A stretch of 64,000 nt of DNA from Rhynchobatus australiae (GCA_034780895.1 JAUZTB010000057.1:12668307-12732306), one strand, 5' to 3'. Positions 15,016 to 28,260 are shown, counted from the stretch's first letter. The notes: generated from the sequence alone by a model not told the origin. A program made the numbers and translations.

Positions 15016-15626
15016 TAAATGTGCCTGCTTCACCAGAAAGTTTATTATAATACTGTGTAACATCTTTAAGAAAAGTATATTTAAAAGGGGTGTTGGGGTA
15101 ATAATAGAAATAATGTCCAATAGTCTGGAAAATCTGCCAATCTGGTACCAAAGTCCGTAGCATAGTGGATTATCTGTTTTACTGGACTTAACTTTCTGCA
15201 TTCAAAATATAAATTCATAATATAAAGTTATTTAAATCAGATTGTGTTATACATTGCAATATAATGATGAAACTATAGCAGGAAACAATGTAATTCCATC
15301 TCTTCCCTTCGTCAATTTGCTGCTCATGTTTGTATTTTGAGGTGTACTGACTTGCTTGGTTTTGAAAGGCATTAAGAACAAGGTTTACAACCATGACAAA
15401 GAGCAAAAATGCTTTCTTCCCTCAATACAATACTGGAACTGAAATACTGGCATTTCACTTTTAGGATGACATAATAGAAACTTTAATGGTAATGGGTTTG
15501 TGCTGCCCACTAATGCATTTAGATTACTGGCCAGAAGTGTTCCTTTCTAAACCTCACAGTGAATGTCTGCAGCAGCTGCCACTGTTAATTGTTGAACAGC
15601 CCTGTGGTGGTGTTTTTGGTACTCAC

Positions 15627-15784
15627 CACCCTTGTAAGCCGCCACTGCTATGGTGCTATTTATCCTCACAAAGGAGACGTGTGGCTGTGATCCAAGTTCT
15701 GCAGAGCTGCGTGACGTTTCCAGATACAAGGCACTGCTGTCCCAGGTGATTGTATCCCACATTCTCACGTCTCCTGATGTGTAT
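15627..15784 (-). CDS. FBXW8: FBXW8 coding exon 5 (158 nt, WD40 repeats)
   Basis: TTTCAG acceptor whose phase fits exon 4, GTGAGT donor. Encodes YTSGDVRMWDTITWDSSALYLE...QPHVSFVRINSTIAVAAYKG, versus human YTSGDVRVWDTRTWDY...QPNVSFVRINSSLAVAAYED. Confidence 0.96.
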
Positions 15785-17534
15785 CTGAAAGAACCAGTTC
15801 AATTATCTGCTTGTTTATTCACAATGCTGGCCACCTAGTGAAGATACTAATTAGAAATAATATAAGCAGCTATGTTTATGACTCAAAAGCTTCGAATGTG
15901 GTCACAGAGCACAATTTAAACGACAGAAGACAGCAATCTTCTCAACAAAAAGTGTATCCAGTTGTATGGTCTCAATAAATAACAGACATCAGTTGTGTCA
16001 GCAATGTTCTAAAAGCTCCACAATCTCTTTTATGTAAAGCTGCTTGGATATTTATTCATTTAAAATGACAGTTTTTATAAAAATCTGCATGACTGAAAGC
16101 TAGCTGTTACGTCGGAGATCCTCTGCTTCGCTCACTAACACTACTTTTATACATATTAAATGAGTGGGAAAAAATGTATGTTGGTGAGTGCACAAAGGAA
16201 ACTATAACCTTTGCCACAAAGGTTATATAAAGGGAAAGGGATAATTCATGAACAAATTATTCTTAGCCCACAGTGTTTATAACAATAGATCATTTACTTT
16301 GTATTTTTAACTAATTAAACAGTGATTAAATACATATAATACAGTAATACCAAGGTAATCATTTAGTCAACTGATTTTGAATATAAACATAGCATTTAAG
16401 TTAAGGAATTAGAAGCAGCATTATTTAATAAGTTACCAAAGATTTTACAATCAGATAAATATTCTAATTTATATTCCATGGTTTAGATGAAGAAGTCTCA
16501 GGAAGGATTCTTCAATTTGACTAATTAACAGCAAGCTACTGCTCAAAGACCATTAAAAGTCTGTGGGTAACTGTAAGCAAAGTGACCTCAAAATGAGGCC
16601 ACTGTAACCCTTTGCATGCAGATACTCCAATTGTGATTTTTGTTTAAAAAAAACATACAAAAAGTACACAATGGCTAATCCTGTATGTCATGCGATACCC
16701 AATTTAAGAGATTTGTTTTGAAGGACAGGGAGTAATGCTAAATTTGAAATTAAATAGGAGTCCAAAACCATGAACTAATCTATGATTCAACTTTCCACAA
16801 CAAATCTTGAATTCTTTTANNNNNNNNNNNNNNNNNNNNNNNNNNNNNNNNNNNNNNNNNNNNNNNNNNNNNNNNNNNNNNNNNNNNNNNNNNNNNNNNN
16901 NNNNNNNNNNNNNNNNNNNNNNNNNNNNNNNNNNNNNNNNNNNNNNNNNNNNNNNNNNNNNNNNNNNNNNNNNNNNNNNNNNNNNNNNNNNNNNNNNNNN
17001 NNNNNNNNNNNNNNNNNNNNNNNNNNNNNNNNNNNNNNNNNNNNNNNNNNNNNNNNNNNNNNNNNNNNNNNNNNNNNNNNNNNNNNNNNNNNNNNNNNNN
17101 NNNNNNNNNNNNNNNNNNNNNNNNNNNNNNNNNNNNNNNNNNNNNNNNNNNNNNNNNNNNNNNNNNNNNNNNNNNNNNNNNNNNNNNNNNNNNNNNNNNN
17201 NNNNNNNNNNNNNNNNNNNNNNNNNNNNNNNNNNNNNNNNNNNNNNNNNNNNNNNNNNNNNNNNNNNNNNNNNNNNNNNNNNNNNNNNNNNNNNNNNNNN
17301 NNNNNNNNNNNNNNNNNNNNNNNNNNNNNNNNNNNNNNNNNNNNNNNNNNNNNNNNNNNNNNNNNNNNNNNNNNNNNNNNNNNNNNNNNNNNNNNNNNNN
17401 NNNNNNNNNNNNNNNNNNNNNNNNNNNNNNNNNNNNNNNNNNNNNNNNNNNNNNNNNNNNNNNNNNNNNNNNNNNNNNNNNNNNNNNNNNNNNNNNNNNN
17501 NNNNNNNNNNNNNNNNNNNNNNNNNNNNNNNNNN

Positions 17535-17680
17535 CATTTCACTCCCACTCTGACCTGTCTGTCTGAGGCCTCCTGCAATGACACAGTGAGGTCTAATGCA
17601 AGCTTGAGGAAGAGCACCTCATTTTCTGTCTGGGCACGCTGCAGCCTTCTGGACTCAATATTGAGTTCTATAACTTCAAG
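17535..17680 (+). mobile_element. Penelope-like element, C-terminus of the GIY-YIG endonuclease region
   Basis: Translates as ...HSDLSV.GLL...KLEEEHLIFCLGTLQPSGLNIEFYNF, typical of Penelope ORF ends. The 5' side is lost in a gap. Confidence 0.75.
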
Positions 17681-18640
17681 AAAGTTATATCTGTTATCCA
17701 TCTGTAATATTAAGTCAGCTTGTTTTTTTGTTGTTTTTGGGTTTTTTTTGTTTTTTCCTTCCTTCTTCTCTCTCTCTCTCTCTCTGGGAGTGGAGGATGG
17801 ACCCAGCCTGACCTTCTGTGGGCTATTTCCTAAATACAAAAAGTTACTAAGCAAATTGAAAATAGTAATAGGGGGGAAAAGGAGCAAGGGGTTCCAACAG
17901 CCTTAAAACATGGAGTAGTAATAAATAAAGGAATATGTTACTGATATATAAAATGAATCATTAAATATTGAGAAGGAGATAGGAGAAAATTTGCAAGAAC
18001 TACAGAGTTGTGATCAATGGTCTTCCATTACTCTAATACAGCATAACAAAGGATAAAGAGGGAAGGACTCACTGAAATGTATGATAGAGAACATTCCTGA
18101 TCAGTGTATTTACACCCCAATGAGTACAAAAGCAGCACAGGATTTTGTCCTGTGGAATTTATGGAAGTGTTCATATGATCAATATGTGATCAATTCCAGG
18201 TTTAAAATAGTGATAGAAACAGAAAAGGCACAGTCAACTATAACAATAATTAATTGGAGGAGTCTAACTTCAGTAATCTGATTTGCTGGACTCAAAAACT
18301 GGTAGGCAAAATTAAATTATAGGAGTTTTACAAAAAGGTGATGATTGGGTTAAAGGTTAGACACTATCAAGAACTGATGCATTGCATAAAGTGGCCTCTT
18401 TCTATGCTGTAAACATCTGTGGTTCTCAGCAAAAAGTTTCAGTTTTGGCATAATTCCTGACATGATCAGTCACCAAGTTCCTGTATATGTCAAACCTTAG
18501 AAATACTGAGATACAAGACTCTATTGTAAGGGCTACAGAACCAACACTGGGAGATGGACTCAGATTAATACTTATTTTATTGAATAACAGAACTGCTCAG
18601 GAGGCTGAACAGCTATCCTAAATCCCATATTCTATATTTT

Positions 18641-18757
18641 AAGATAAGATATTTTTGTTAGTCACATGTACATCGAAACACACAGTGAAATGCATCTTTT
18701 TTTGCGTAGAGCGTTCTGGGGGCAGCCCACAAGTATTGCCACGCTTCCGCTGCTAAC
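18641..18757 (-). mobile_element. 3' fragment of a SINE with a Rex1-like tail (same family as 61363-61653)
   Basis: Reverse complement reads ...GGCTGCCCCCAGAACGCTCTACGCAAAAAAAGATGCATTTCACTGTGTGTTTCGATGTACATGTGACTAACAAAAATATCTTATCTT and aligns to the 3' part of the copy at 61.4-61.6 kb. Confidence 0.8.
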
Positions 18758-20359
18758 AAAGGCAATAGTTTGTTACATTGGAACTGGTTGAGCAAATGTG
18801 GCGCAGCACATATGCAGAGTTGGAGAACTATCAACTTATAATTAGGAAACAAACCAAATTAAATATTTTAATATCAGTGAGCTTCAAAATAAAAGGAAAA
18901 ACAATAGGTCTGAAGCAAAAGGGAGAGAAATAACAATAAGACAAAACAATCATTTGGAGAATTATTGGTGATGTTACTGCATTTGCACTATGCAAACAGC
19001 AGTTGAGGGACCCAAACTGTATTGTCTCCTGTGTGGTACATGCTGACCAGTGAAGATGTTTGATCAATTCAATATTAGGTGAATAGCAGTGAGAACATAG
19101 CTTCTGCCAATGCCAATATTAAAAACTATTAATTCTTAAAAATAGCTACCTGACAAAGAAATTGCCACACAACTTGGTGGCAGGTAGTTGACTCAAGATC
19201 AGCTTCATAATGCGAAAGTAATGGCACAACAGCCACTTCACCAGAAATCATAGCACCAACAACTGTGTGTAAAAGAAAAGACAATAGAGGCAAAACTAAT
19301 TCTGACAGTTACTAAATGTCACCTACCTAGAAAACTATAAACACTTTTAATAATTTATTAATTATTTTATTAAAGTGCAAAAGGAAAANNNNNNNNNNNN
19401 NNNNNNNNNNNNNNNNNNNNNNNNNNNNNNNNNNNNNNNNNNNNNNNNNNNNNNNNNNNNNNNNNNNNNNNNNNNNNNNNNNNNNNNNNNNNNNNNNNNN
19501 NNNNNNNNNNNNNNNNNNNNNNNNNNNNNNNNNNNNNNNNNNNNNNNNNNNNNNNNNNNNNNNNNNNNNNNNNNNNNNNNNNNTTCAATGCAATTGCTTG
19601 TTCACATTGTACAACTATTTTCTGCTGCAATCTTTAAAACTGTTGAAAATTAAGATCACTTACAGAAATGCAAGTTATTGCAACTATCTAATTCCATATT
19701 CTGTACAAACACTGTGCAGCACCTTGTGGATTCTAGCATCATGACAACACTAATTTTAGGGTCATTTATGGAATGACATCATGTGGCTCTTTTGAACAAG
19801 TGGGAAAGCAAGCATACTGTTAATATTGAGATTTCAACAGCAAGTTCCAAACATGTTAGGATAAACTCGTTTTGAAAAATTTTGAAGATTTATTATGGAC
19901 ATGAGAACTAATGTCCACCCTTCATAAAAGATAAAATAAAACTCTAATTTAGGAGAAAACAAGTCTGGGCACCGTTTCCTTTTGCAATGGATAATCATTA
20001 CATAATGCCACTTTAATATGTCAATATTCTATTTGTCTAAAGTCTCCTCAAGACTATTTTTACCTTGAAGATGCTATATTCTGATGTAATCTTTATCAGG
20101 TTAATAATAGCGTAGCACGCAAGGCAAAGGATCACACAAAGGCATTACGGGACATATTGTGTTCACTAGATCAGTAGTCTGCTTTACTTGGTGAACTCAT
20201 CCTGTTGATGTTAACAAGGATAAATTTGGAAAAGCCTATGCCAGGAAAATACATGCACTTCATCGACAAGCTTCAATATATTGTTTTTCATAGACCTCTT
20301 TACTTCAAGTTTCTATTGTTATTTATACTTCCTGCTAAAAGAAATCAACAAGCAGATCT

Positions 20360-21470
20360 AAATGGAGGGGGACTGAAAATGAGTGATGCACAGAGGTATC
20401 AAGGTGTTCTAGTCCGTGAATTACAAAAAGCTAGCAGGCAAGTTCGACAAGTAGTTAAGGCAGCAAACGGCACTTTGGCCTTCATTGTAAAGGGGAGTTT
20501 AAAAATAGGGAGGTTTTATTGCAATTGTATAGGATGTTGGTGAGGTCTCATCTGGAACCTGCATAAAGTTTTGGCTGCCCCAAGAAAGCAACCAACATAA
20601 TCGAGGACCCCTCCCACTCAGTCTCTCTTCTCCCATCTGCTGTTGGGCAGAAGATACAAAAGCTTGAAAGCACATACCACCAGACTCAAGGACAGCTTCT
20701 ATCTTGTTGTTATCAGCCTCTTGAACATACCTCTTATTTGCTAAAGATGAACTCTTAATCTCCAAATCTACCTCGTCATGGCCCTTGCACTTTATTTGTT
20801 TATCTACAGTGTGCTTTCTCTGTAGCTATAACACTATATTCTGCATTCTGTTTTTCTTTTTACTACCTCGATGGACTTATTATGTATGACAATGATCTGA
20901 CTGGATGGCATGCAAACAAAAGCTTTTCACTGTAACTCAGTACGTGGGACAATAATAAACCAAAACTGAAAGATATAGTAACATTGGAGGCAGTGCAAAG
21001 GAGATTCACCAGTCTAATTCCTGGGGTGAGAGGATTGTCCAATCAAGAGAAACTAGATAATTTGGGCCTGTATTCCTTGGACTTTAGAACAATGTGGGGT
21101 AAGCTTATTTAAACAGATAAGATTCCAAGGGGGCTTGACAGGGTAGATATAGGGATGTTTTCACCAATAAGAGTCTTGAACAAGGGGACATAAATACAAA
21201 AAAAGGGGACGGTCATTTACAACTGAGGTACCTAGAATTTTCTTCTTACAGAGGATGGTGAATCTCTGGAGTGCTCTGTCCCAGCAGGTGATGGAAGCTG
21301 GATCATTACAAGTATTTAAAATGGAAGAGGTAAATGTTGATGGATCGAGGAATAGAGGAGTGTGGAGAAATGGCACAGAAGAGAATTTGAGGCCAGCATA
21401 GATCAGCCATGATCACATGAAATGGTGGGGCTGGCATGAAGGGTCTGATTTTCTTGGGTTCTTATGTTCT
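20360..21470 (+). mobile_element. CR1 LINE 3' fragment, interrupted by a nested insertion at 20589-20967
   Basis: Residual motifs QVVKAANGTLAFI, LYRMLVR.HLE and ...LEAVQRRFT.LIPG, with a 3' tail TTCTTATGTTCT. Confidence 0.85.
20589..20967 (+). mobile_element. Rex1/Babar-like LINE 3' end nested in CR1
   Basis: Encodes NIIEDPSH...GRRYKSLKAHTTRLKDSFY..VISLLN, a Rex1-type ORF end. The 3' UTR ends CTTTTCACTGT...GTACGTGGGACAATAATAAA. It is flanked by a GAAAG direct repeat (20584-20588 and 20968-20972). Confidence 0.8.
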
Positions 21471-21912
21471 CTTTCTTTCTCTTCCCACCAACTACCACCT
21501 TTGTTGTAAAAACAGCAGCCCAGTGGTCTGCCTTTCTTTATAGATCAATCCCAGATTACACATGAGCACCACACTTTTGGGAATGATTATATATAGCTGC
21601 AAATGGAACCCTTCAAGCTGCAAAATGCCAGTGCAACCACAACACTGAGTGCACCTGCTGGCGCTGGGTGGGATGACGTTCAGTGCGTTTTGTCCCTGCA
21701 GACATTTCCCGCACCCAACCACTCCCTTCCCCATCTCAGGTCCCATACATGCATTTGATATAGTAGCTGTTGGCGCTTAAAGCTGCATGATAACTCCCCA
21801 ATCTCTTCCAATCAAATAGTGTGCTTTAAATAACTAACATTTGTTACCTTGCAAAAATTGAGTTTTTTTTTTGAAATGGATATCATCCTTGAGCCAAATT
21901 ACATAAAATACT

Positions 21913-22030
21913 ACAGAGACGCAAAAGACTGCAGATGCTGGGATCTGGAGCAAAAGAACAATTGTCCCTTTGCCTCCGCAGATGCTGCCTGACCTGCTGA
22001 GTTCTTTCAACACCTTGTTTTTTTGCTTGA
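21913..22030. mobile_element. Penelope-associated terminal repeat relic, partly inverted arrangement
   Basis: An antisense terminus (GACTGCAGATGCTGGGATCTGGAGCAAAA) is joined to a sense terminus (CAGATGCTGCCTGACCTGCTGAGTTC...). The same motif recurs at 49.4 kb and 51.65-51.98 kb. Confidence 0.65.
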
Positions 22031-25000
22031 AGTACAAGATACCTTGGGTCATATTCAAAGAATATACATTAAAACTACATTAAATCATGAATTCCAAGAA
22101 ACCTTAAAAGATTTGAAGATTTTCACTATTTTATTCCTAATCTGAGTCTATTTCATTTCCTGACATCATCATTCTTTCTTCCTTTACACAAATGTCCAGT
22201 TTCTAACTTGTCAGTTGCTTGGAGGACAATGTGTGGTATGAACCTAAAGGAATGGAGGTTCATGTTAGGTAGCTGGGTGGAGGAGGCAATCAGGAGTCTN
22301 NNNNNNNNNNNNNNNNNNNNNNNNNNNNNNNNNNNNNNNNNNNNNNNNNNNNNNNNNNNNNNNNNNNNNNNNNNNNNNNNNNNNNNNNNNNNNNNNNNNG
22401 GTGGAGGAGGCAATCAGGAGTCTGGCCTGGGGTAATGATCAGAAGTTGGGCCAGGGGTGGTGACTGCAGACAAGGGTGGTGATTGGGAGTCACAGGATGA
22501 GGATGTTGGGGGTTCTTTTCCCACAGGAAGTTGAGTCTTGAAATAAAGCTAAGTAGAAGGATTTGTCTTATCTCAGAGTAATTTCCAGATTAGTGCTAAC
22601 AAAATACAGTTGATCTGGGATAACCACTGATTGTCCAAGTTGCTCCTGAAAATATGTGATTCAATTTCCCATGCAACATGATCGGCATAAGATTGACACA
22701 CGACTGAAATACCCAGAGGAATTTCAAGCAGTGTTAAATATAACAAAGTTGCTGCTGCCATTTTGTCACGTAGCAAACCACATCAGATCCTGTTGCACTA
22801 AAAAAAGTATAAAAGGCTCCAATAGCTAGGCCTGTGTAATACTAAAGATTTCTTTTTTACAACTACAAGTCACAGCTTGCATGATGAAACTAGTCATCAC
22901 TGATTTATTCCAATGCTGCAGAGGGAGCAAGAACTTGCAGAGCATGGCTACAATTGGTACTTAAGAAGTACTTTTTAAATGGTTTTAAATTTCAGCAAGT
23001 TGAAGATGAAGCAAAAGAAAATCTGGATTGTACAACATTGATTGAGAATGAGGTAACCACAGTCACAGTCTCAAATGGCAAGGATCAAGGGTTGACCAAG
23101 TATACAGCCACTTCTACCACTTGATAAATTTTTAATGATATACACAAGACGGTCTGAGCAGATGCTGGATTAAATTGGCTTATGTCAGACTGTAAACATG
23201 AGGCTCTATTGTCATGAGAAAAAGTCACAAGACTGTATTGCCGTGCAGTTCATATTTCATCAAATCAATAAATGAAATTCTGCTCTGTTCTTCTTGGTTG
23301 CACTCAGTAAATTAGCAGGGGTAAAAAAAAGAGGAAACTCTCAAGGGAGTGGAAAGACCTGTAGGTTGCACTCCTGAAATTTTCTAATTTAAGGCAAATT
23401 AAATAAGAGACAGATAAAATTGAATCAAATGTTGACAGATTTTTATAGAATTATCATAAAACTAGATTTAGCCCCATTAATGTGGCAGCTTTTAAAAGCA
23501 TTTACAACGCATGCTTGCAATGAAACTGTCAGGCAACTAAAACCACACACAGTGATGAGCCACTATTATGACAGGTACAGCACATCTAGTAAACCGAACA
23601 ACTGTTTATCAGAATCTTTAAATGAAGAAATTCTCAAGCTCTAATCATTTTTCAAAATTATATTCCATGCGTGGAGTGGGGTGAGAGGGTCAATAAATTT
23701 CATGTTTAAATTTTCCTCTCAATTTTCATCTGTCCACCTTCAAGGATACTGGGTGCTGACCATTTTACAGAACTATCAGGCCATTCTTCATGTGTGAACG
23801 AGATTATGAATGCCAGCAGGAGAAATGCTATAATTAGATACTTATACAAGTACACAATATCTACAGGAGTTAATGGCCAGCAAAGTGAATGACCCCTAGT
23901 GAATTTTCCTTATGAAATAGAAGCACTAAATCCAGTCATAGTAGCCCAACTGGTGCTCACTTGAGAACAACTATCACAATGTAGGCCAGGGATCAGCACT
24001 GCGTACTATTATCCTTAATAGCTTATTGAGCATCTGGTACTTTTGCTCACAGGATGACTCAGCAGAAAAAGACAATTAACCAATTTTCCCATAACCCCAA
24101 ATATTGGTACCAGGCAGGCACAACATATTTGAGTGTGCTACACTGATACATGAAAATTGCATTGTTACTTTGGTAAGCACTTCAGCAGAGCTGTTCTGAG
24201 AAACCAGGATTAGACACTGACCTGGAGGTCTTTATCTGCTGTTACAGAACAACAGCTAGAATAACATTGTGCCTGGAAATTAAACAGGCTTTTAAAAAAA
24301 AATTATGTTTTGTTTCCAATCTCCCTTAGACCATCTCATCTATGGAGGGTCCTGGAACAAACTGCTATTGTCATCTTTTGAAATACCCCTAAATCAGTTT
24401 GATGCACTGAAGCTACCCCAGTTAAGAGAATTCATCCATCCACATTATCTTAAGAATGATGATGTGACAGTCATTGCAGCTGCCAGCCTAACGTTGCTAC
24501 TAACTCAGTGTACAAAACCTGGAAAATAGGCGTATATATACGTCAGAACATTCGTTTTTCTTTTTCTAGACCTTCAGACCCTATGAATACACCCAGAGTT
24601 GGGAAAATCAGCACCACTGTGTTAACCATCAAAAAAGAAGCTTCTATATTCGGATCTTTGAATCACATTTGACAGTTCTGTTTTCAAATTTCAAACTTCT
24701 ATTGATCTGGAGATTTTGTACAACAGAAACTTCAGATGTTGATAGCATAGTAGGAATTAACAGATTAAAGTTTCAATGGCTTTTTTTTTATTTCATAGAG
24801 ACTTCAATTTGATCTAAAGTTTATATTTTTCTTTGCGGGTAAGTTTGCGTGCCATTGTTTATAAAGATTTAAATCTAATGGAACGAGGTGATCCACTTCA
24901 TTCGATGAAATTAGCTCACTAAGTTTGGCAATATTGTTCAGATGAAAGATTAAGATTTACTGCTCCAAATCTCAGGTGAGCTTTATTAACTGTCTTGTGG

Positions 25001-26389
25001 GCTTGTCAAGGGTAGTAGATGTGTGTGCTGGGAATGGATCAATATTCAGTTACAACTCCATTATCTACATCAAGAACTCTCAAGTCAGGTAACAAGGTTA
25101 AAGGTGCCTCTATTTCACTCCAACAATGTGCCTTAACTGACATTGGTAAAGCAACCACTTGGTATTATGGCATAAATCTTTTCCATCTTTCATATTCCTT
25201 TTGTCCCAAGGGAGCCTGTTAATTATGCAAAATTCCAGATAGCTCCAGACCTTGAACTAAAGTTTATTGTAACTGACTGAGGTTAACAAACCTTGTAAAA
25301 TGTCCTCTCAATTGTCAGACAGATCAGACCACCATGTTTTCAATTTGTGAAACACCGAAGTTGTGAAAAGATAGTGTACCAATCAACCACAAGTCTCACT
25401 GATATTAGTCATACGCATGTAAAATGTCCAGTTATGAACCCAAGTTAAGCAATTAAAGTGAGGTTAACAGAAGGGTTGTTACAGCTATGAACTCGGTAAG
25501 GTCATTTACACTTCCTGGCCTCAACTCTGTCTAGCAACCCCTAGTAAAAATGCTGAAGCACAGATGATGGACCTGGATATGGCTTTCCTTTCATGTTCTC
25601 CCACTCCAAACCATCAAATAGTGTGTCAATNNNTGTGTCAATACATGAAAATGGTTTTTTGAATAGGATATTGGAAGATGCATATTTTTGTAGGTTTCTC
25701 ATCATTTTTAAGACAAAAATATGTAATCCTATTTATTTCATACTTGTTTATTGAGTGTGCACAGCTCCAATTTCCTAAATCAATCAGTAGCACTTGTACC
25801 ACAAATAAAGCAGCATCATGGCAATCTCTTCCCCTCAACTCGCAGAATACATCTTGTTTTGCCAATAAAGAGGAGGATAATAACACAGGGAATGGAATTT
25901 TTCCCCATTTTGGTAATGTGTGGAAGCAATTTATTCTCCAAATGCAAGTGAAAGCTCCCTCTGCATGCTTTGCCCTAACTTCAGAAAAATGTAACCCAAA
26001 AGGACTAAGGCTTTCACTCACCCAGCATCCATTTCCTTTGGTAGCTTCTCGACAACCTGCTAGAATCTGGACATAAATTACTCAATTCATTTCACACAGC
26101 ACCCTTATAACAAGTAGCTTCTCTATCCTCAGCCTAGTCTAGATTTTAAGGTGCAGACACAAAGGGACAAGTAAGAGTATTTGTTGAATGCAATTGTGAT
26201 GATAGGAAATAAGGGAAATTAACTAAGAAAAATGGACAACACAAACTGTGGTTAATGGATTGTGAAAAACGTCTTGTTCTTTTCTGGGAACAAAAGAGAT
26301 GAGAATGAAATCTACAGGGAATTGTCTACAATTGTACTAACTTCCATAAAAACAAGGAATACCTGAAATTACTTTTTTTTTGCCCACAG

Positions 26390-27545
26390 ACACAAGCTGG
26401 GCCTTAATGACAATACAAATTATTGCCATGCCCTTGAAGTGGAGTTGAGCCACATTCTTGAGTCACACCAGTCTGTACATCTGACCAGATAGGGAGCTTC
26501 AGAATTTTGTCTCACCAACAGTGATGATTAATAACATATTTCCAAGTCAGGATGGTATGTGACTTGGATGGGAATTTGAAGGTAGTGCCATTTCAATGCC
26601 CCTGTCATTGATAAAAGTCACAGGTCTGGGAGGTGCTGACAAAAAAATGTTGCTATAGTTCATCTGTAGACATGATGCGCTGCTGCCAAATTATATCAAT
26701 GGTGGAGCAGTGAACAGCTAATCAACCAGCCTGTTTTTTCCTGAATGCTGTTGAGCTTCACTTCAAGTTTTTTTTAAAGAGACCATTCCATCATATTCTG
26801 GACTTCTGTCTCCCTGATGGTGAAAGGTAATCACTACAGAATAACCACTCACCAATAACCCGCTTCTGACTTAACCTTACAACCAAAAATATTTAGGTTG
26901 CTGGACCCANNNNNNNNNNNNNNNNNNNNNNNNNNNNNNNNNNNNNNNNNNNNNNNNNNNNNNNNNNNNNNNNNNNNNNNNNNNNNNNNNNNNNNNNNNN
27001 NNNNNNNNNNNNNNNNNNNNNNNNNNNNNNNNNNNNNNNNNNNNNNNNNNNNNNNNNNNNNNNNNNNNNNNNNNNNNNNNNNNNNNNNNNNNNNNNNNNN
27101 NNNNNNNNNNNNNNNNNNNATTCTGATGAATTGTAAATTGTTCAGTGCAAAACACAGTGCAATTATCTACAGATATCCCCATTTCTGACATTAATAGTTT
27201 GGTGAAAGTCATTGAAGAAGCAACTGTAAACCTGAAGAACTTCTGTAGCTGTGTGTTATGGCTTGATACCACAAGCTCCAATTACCAAGAGTACTAAGAT
27301 ATGCCAGCAAGTGGTGAATTTTCCTCTCGATTCTCACTGATCTCAAGTTCATTGATGCCATTGACAATTGTTCTCAATTCATCTTTGCAATTCATTGTCT
27401 TTGTTATACAGTCAACTGATCCAGGCATTGAAAAAAAGAGCATTAGTGGGCAAATTATGGGTAAATTCCCCTTGACAACAAATTCTATCAATTTTCTGAT
27501 GATTGAGAATAGTGTGAAGGAGCTGAATATGGCCATCTGGAAATT
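26390..27545 (-). mobile_element. Old CR1/L2-clade LINE relic (second family), contains a gap
   Basis: Reverse-complement similarity to the plus-strand relic at 43.7-44.3 kb (TTCCAAGTCAGGATGGTATGTGACTTGGATGGGAATTTGAAGGT). RT remnant IFSSF near 27520. Confidence 0.6.
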
Positions 27546-27651
27546 CAGTCATAGAATCATATATCACAGAAACAGGCCTTTATGAAGGAGCTGAATGTGG
27601 CCATCTGGAAATTCACGGTCATAGAATTATATATCACAGAAACAGGCCTTT
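27515..27651. repeat. Tandem duplication, 2 copies of about 68 nt
   Basis: TGAAGGAGCTGAATRTGGCCATCTGGAAATTCA...CACAGAAACAGGCCTTT occurs at 27515-27581 and 27583-27651, differing by two substitutions and one small indel. Confidence 0.92.
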
Positions 27652-27730
27652 CAGCCCAACTTGTCCTTGCTGTCCAAGGTCCCTTCCTGAGCTAGTCCCA
27701 TTTGTCTGCTTTTGGCCCATATCTCTCTTG
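27616..27730 (-). mobile_element. CR1/SINE 3' tail, antisense
   Basis: CATAGAATTATATATCACAGAAACAGGCCTTTCAGCCCAAC...GCTAGTCCCATTTG is the reverse complement of the CR1-type 3' end. Confidence 0.7.
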
Positions 27731-28216
27731 AATGTGTCCAGTAGTTTGCAGACAGGACATGCCTGCTGAATTTTCCATATTGACAAATAAATGGCAGTAT
27801 AATGCGATGCTATTGCTGCAATAGTAGTAATAATATTACTATAGTACTATTACTTTTGTAGTAATAGTTACTATTACTATCACCATTAGCAATAGGCACT
27901 ATTGTTGGCTACTACAAACTACCAATAGTTCTGCAGCACATTTTTCATCACAGCAGTCAGAATACAATCATTGGTTTCTTAACACATCGTGGAATGAATT
28001 AATGACTGTCTTCAATGACATATCCCAAATTGCTCGTGAGGAGAGCTTTGCAACACCCGAGAACTGGGAAATCGGAGGAAGTTGGCAGTGTGTTGGTGGA
28101 CTCCATGAGGAGCAGCAAATCTGGTGGATCTCGGCAGAAGATCTGCCACGTCATGACTTTTATTTTAAAAAGTGTCCTGTTACCATATACCAAATAATAA
28201 ATTCTATCACTTTCAC

Positions 28217-28260
28217 AGCAACTAATGACAGACAGAATAGCAACTAATGACAGACGGAAT
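28217..28260. repeat. Tandem duplication, 2 x 22 nt
   Basis: AGCAACTAATGACAGAC(A/G)GAAT occurs twice. Confidence 0.9.

Noticed and set aside
16203-16227. 11-bp hairpin TATAACCTTTG/CAAAGGTTATA (also a 9-bp hairpin at 50101-50122)
   Set aside because: Short isolated stems with no other supporting signal.
22881-22905. Box C-like ATGATGA followed by CTGA as a candidate snoRNA
   Set aside because: The spacing is far too short and there is no terminal stem or guide sequence.
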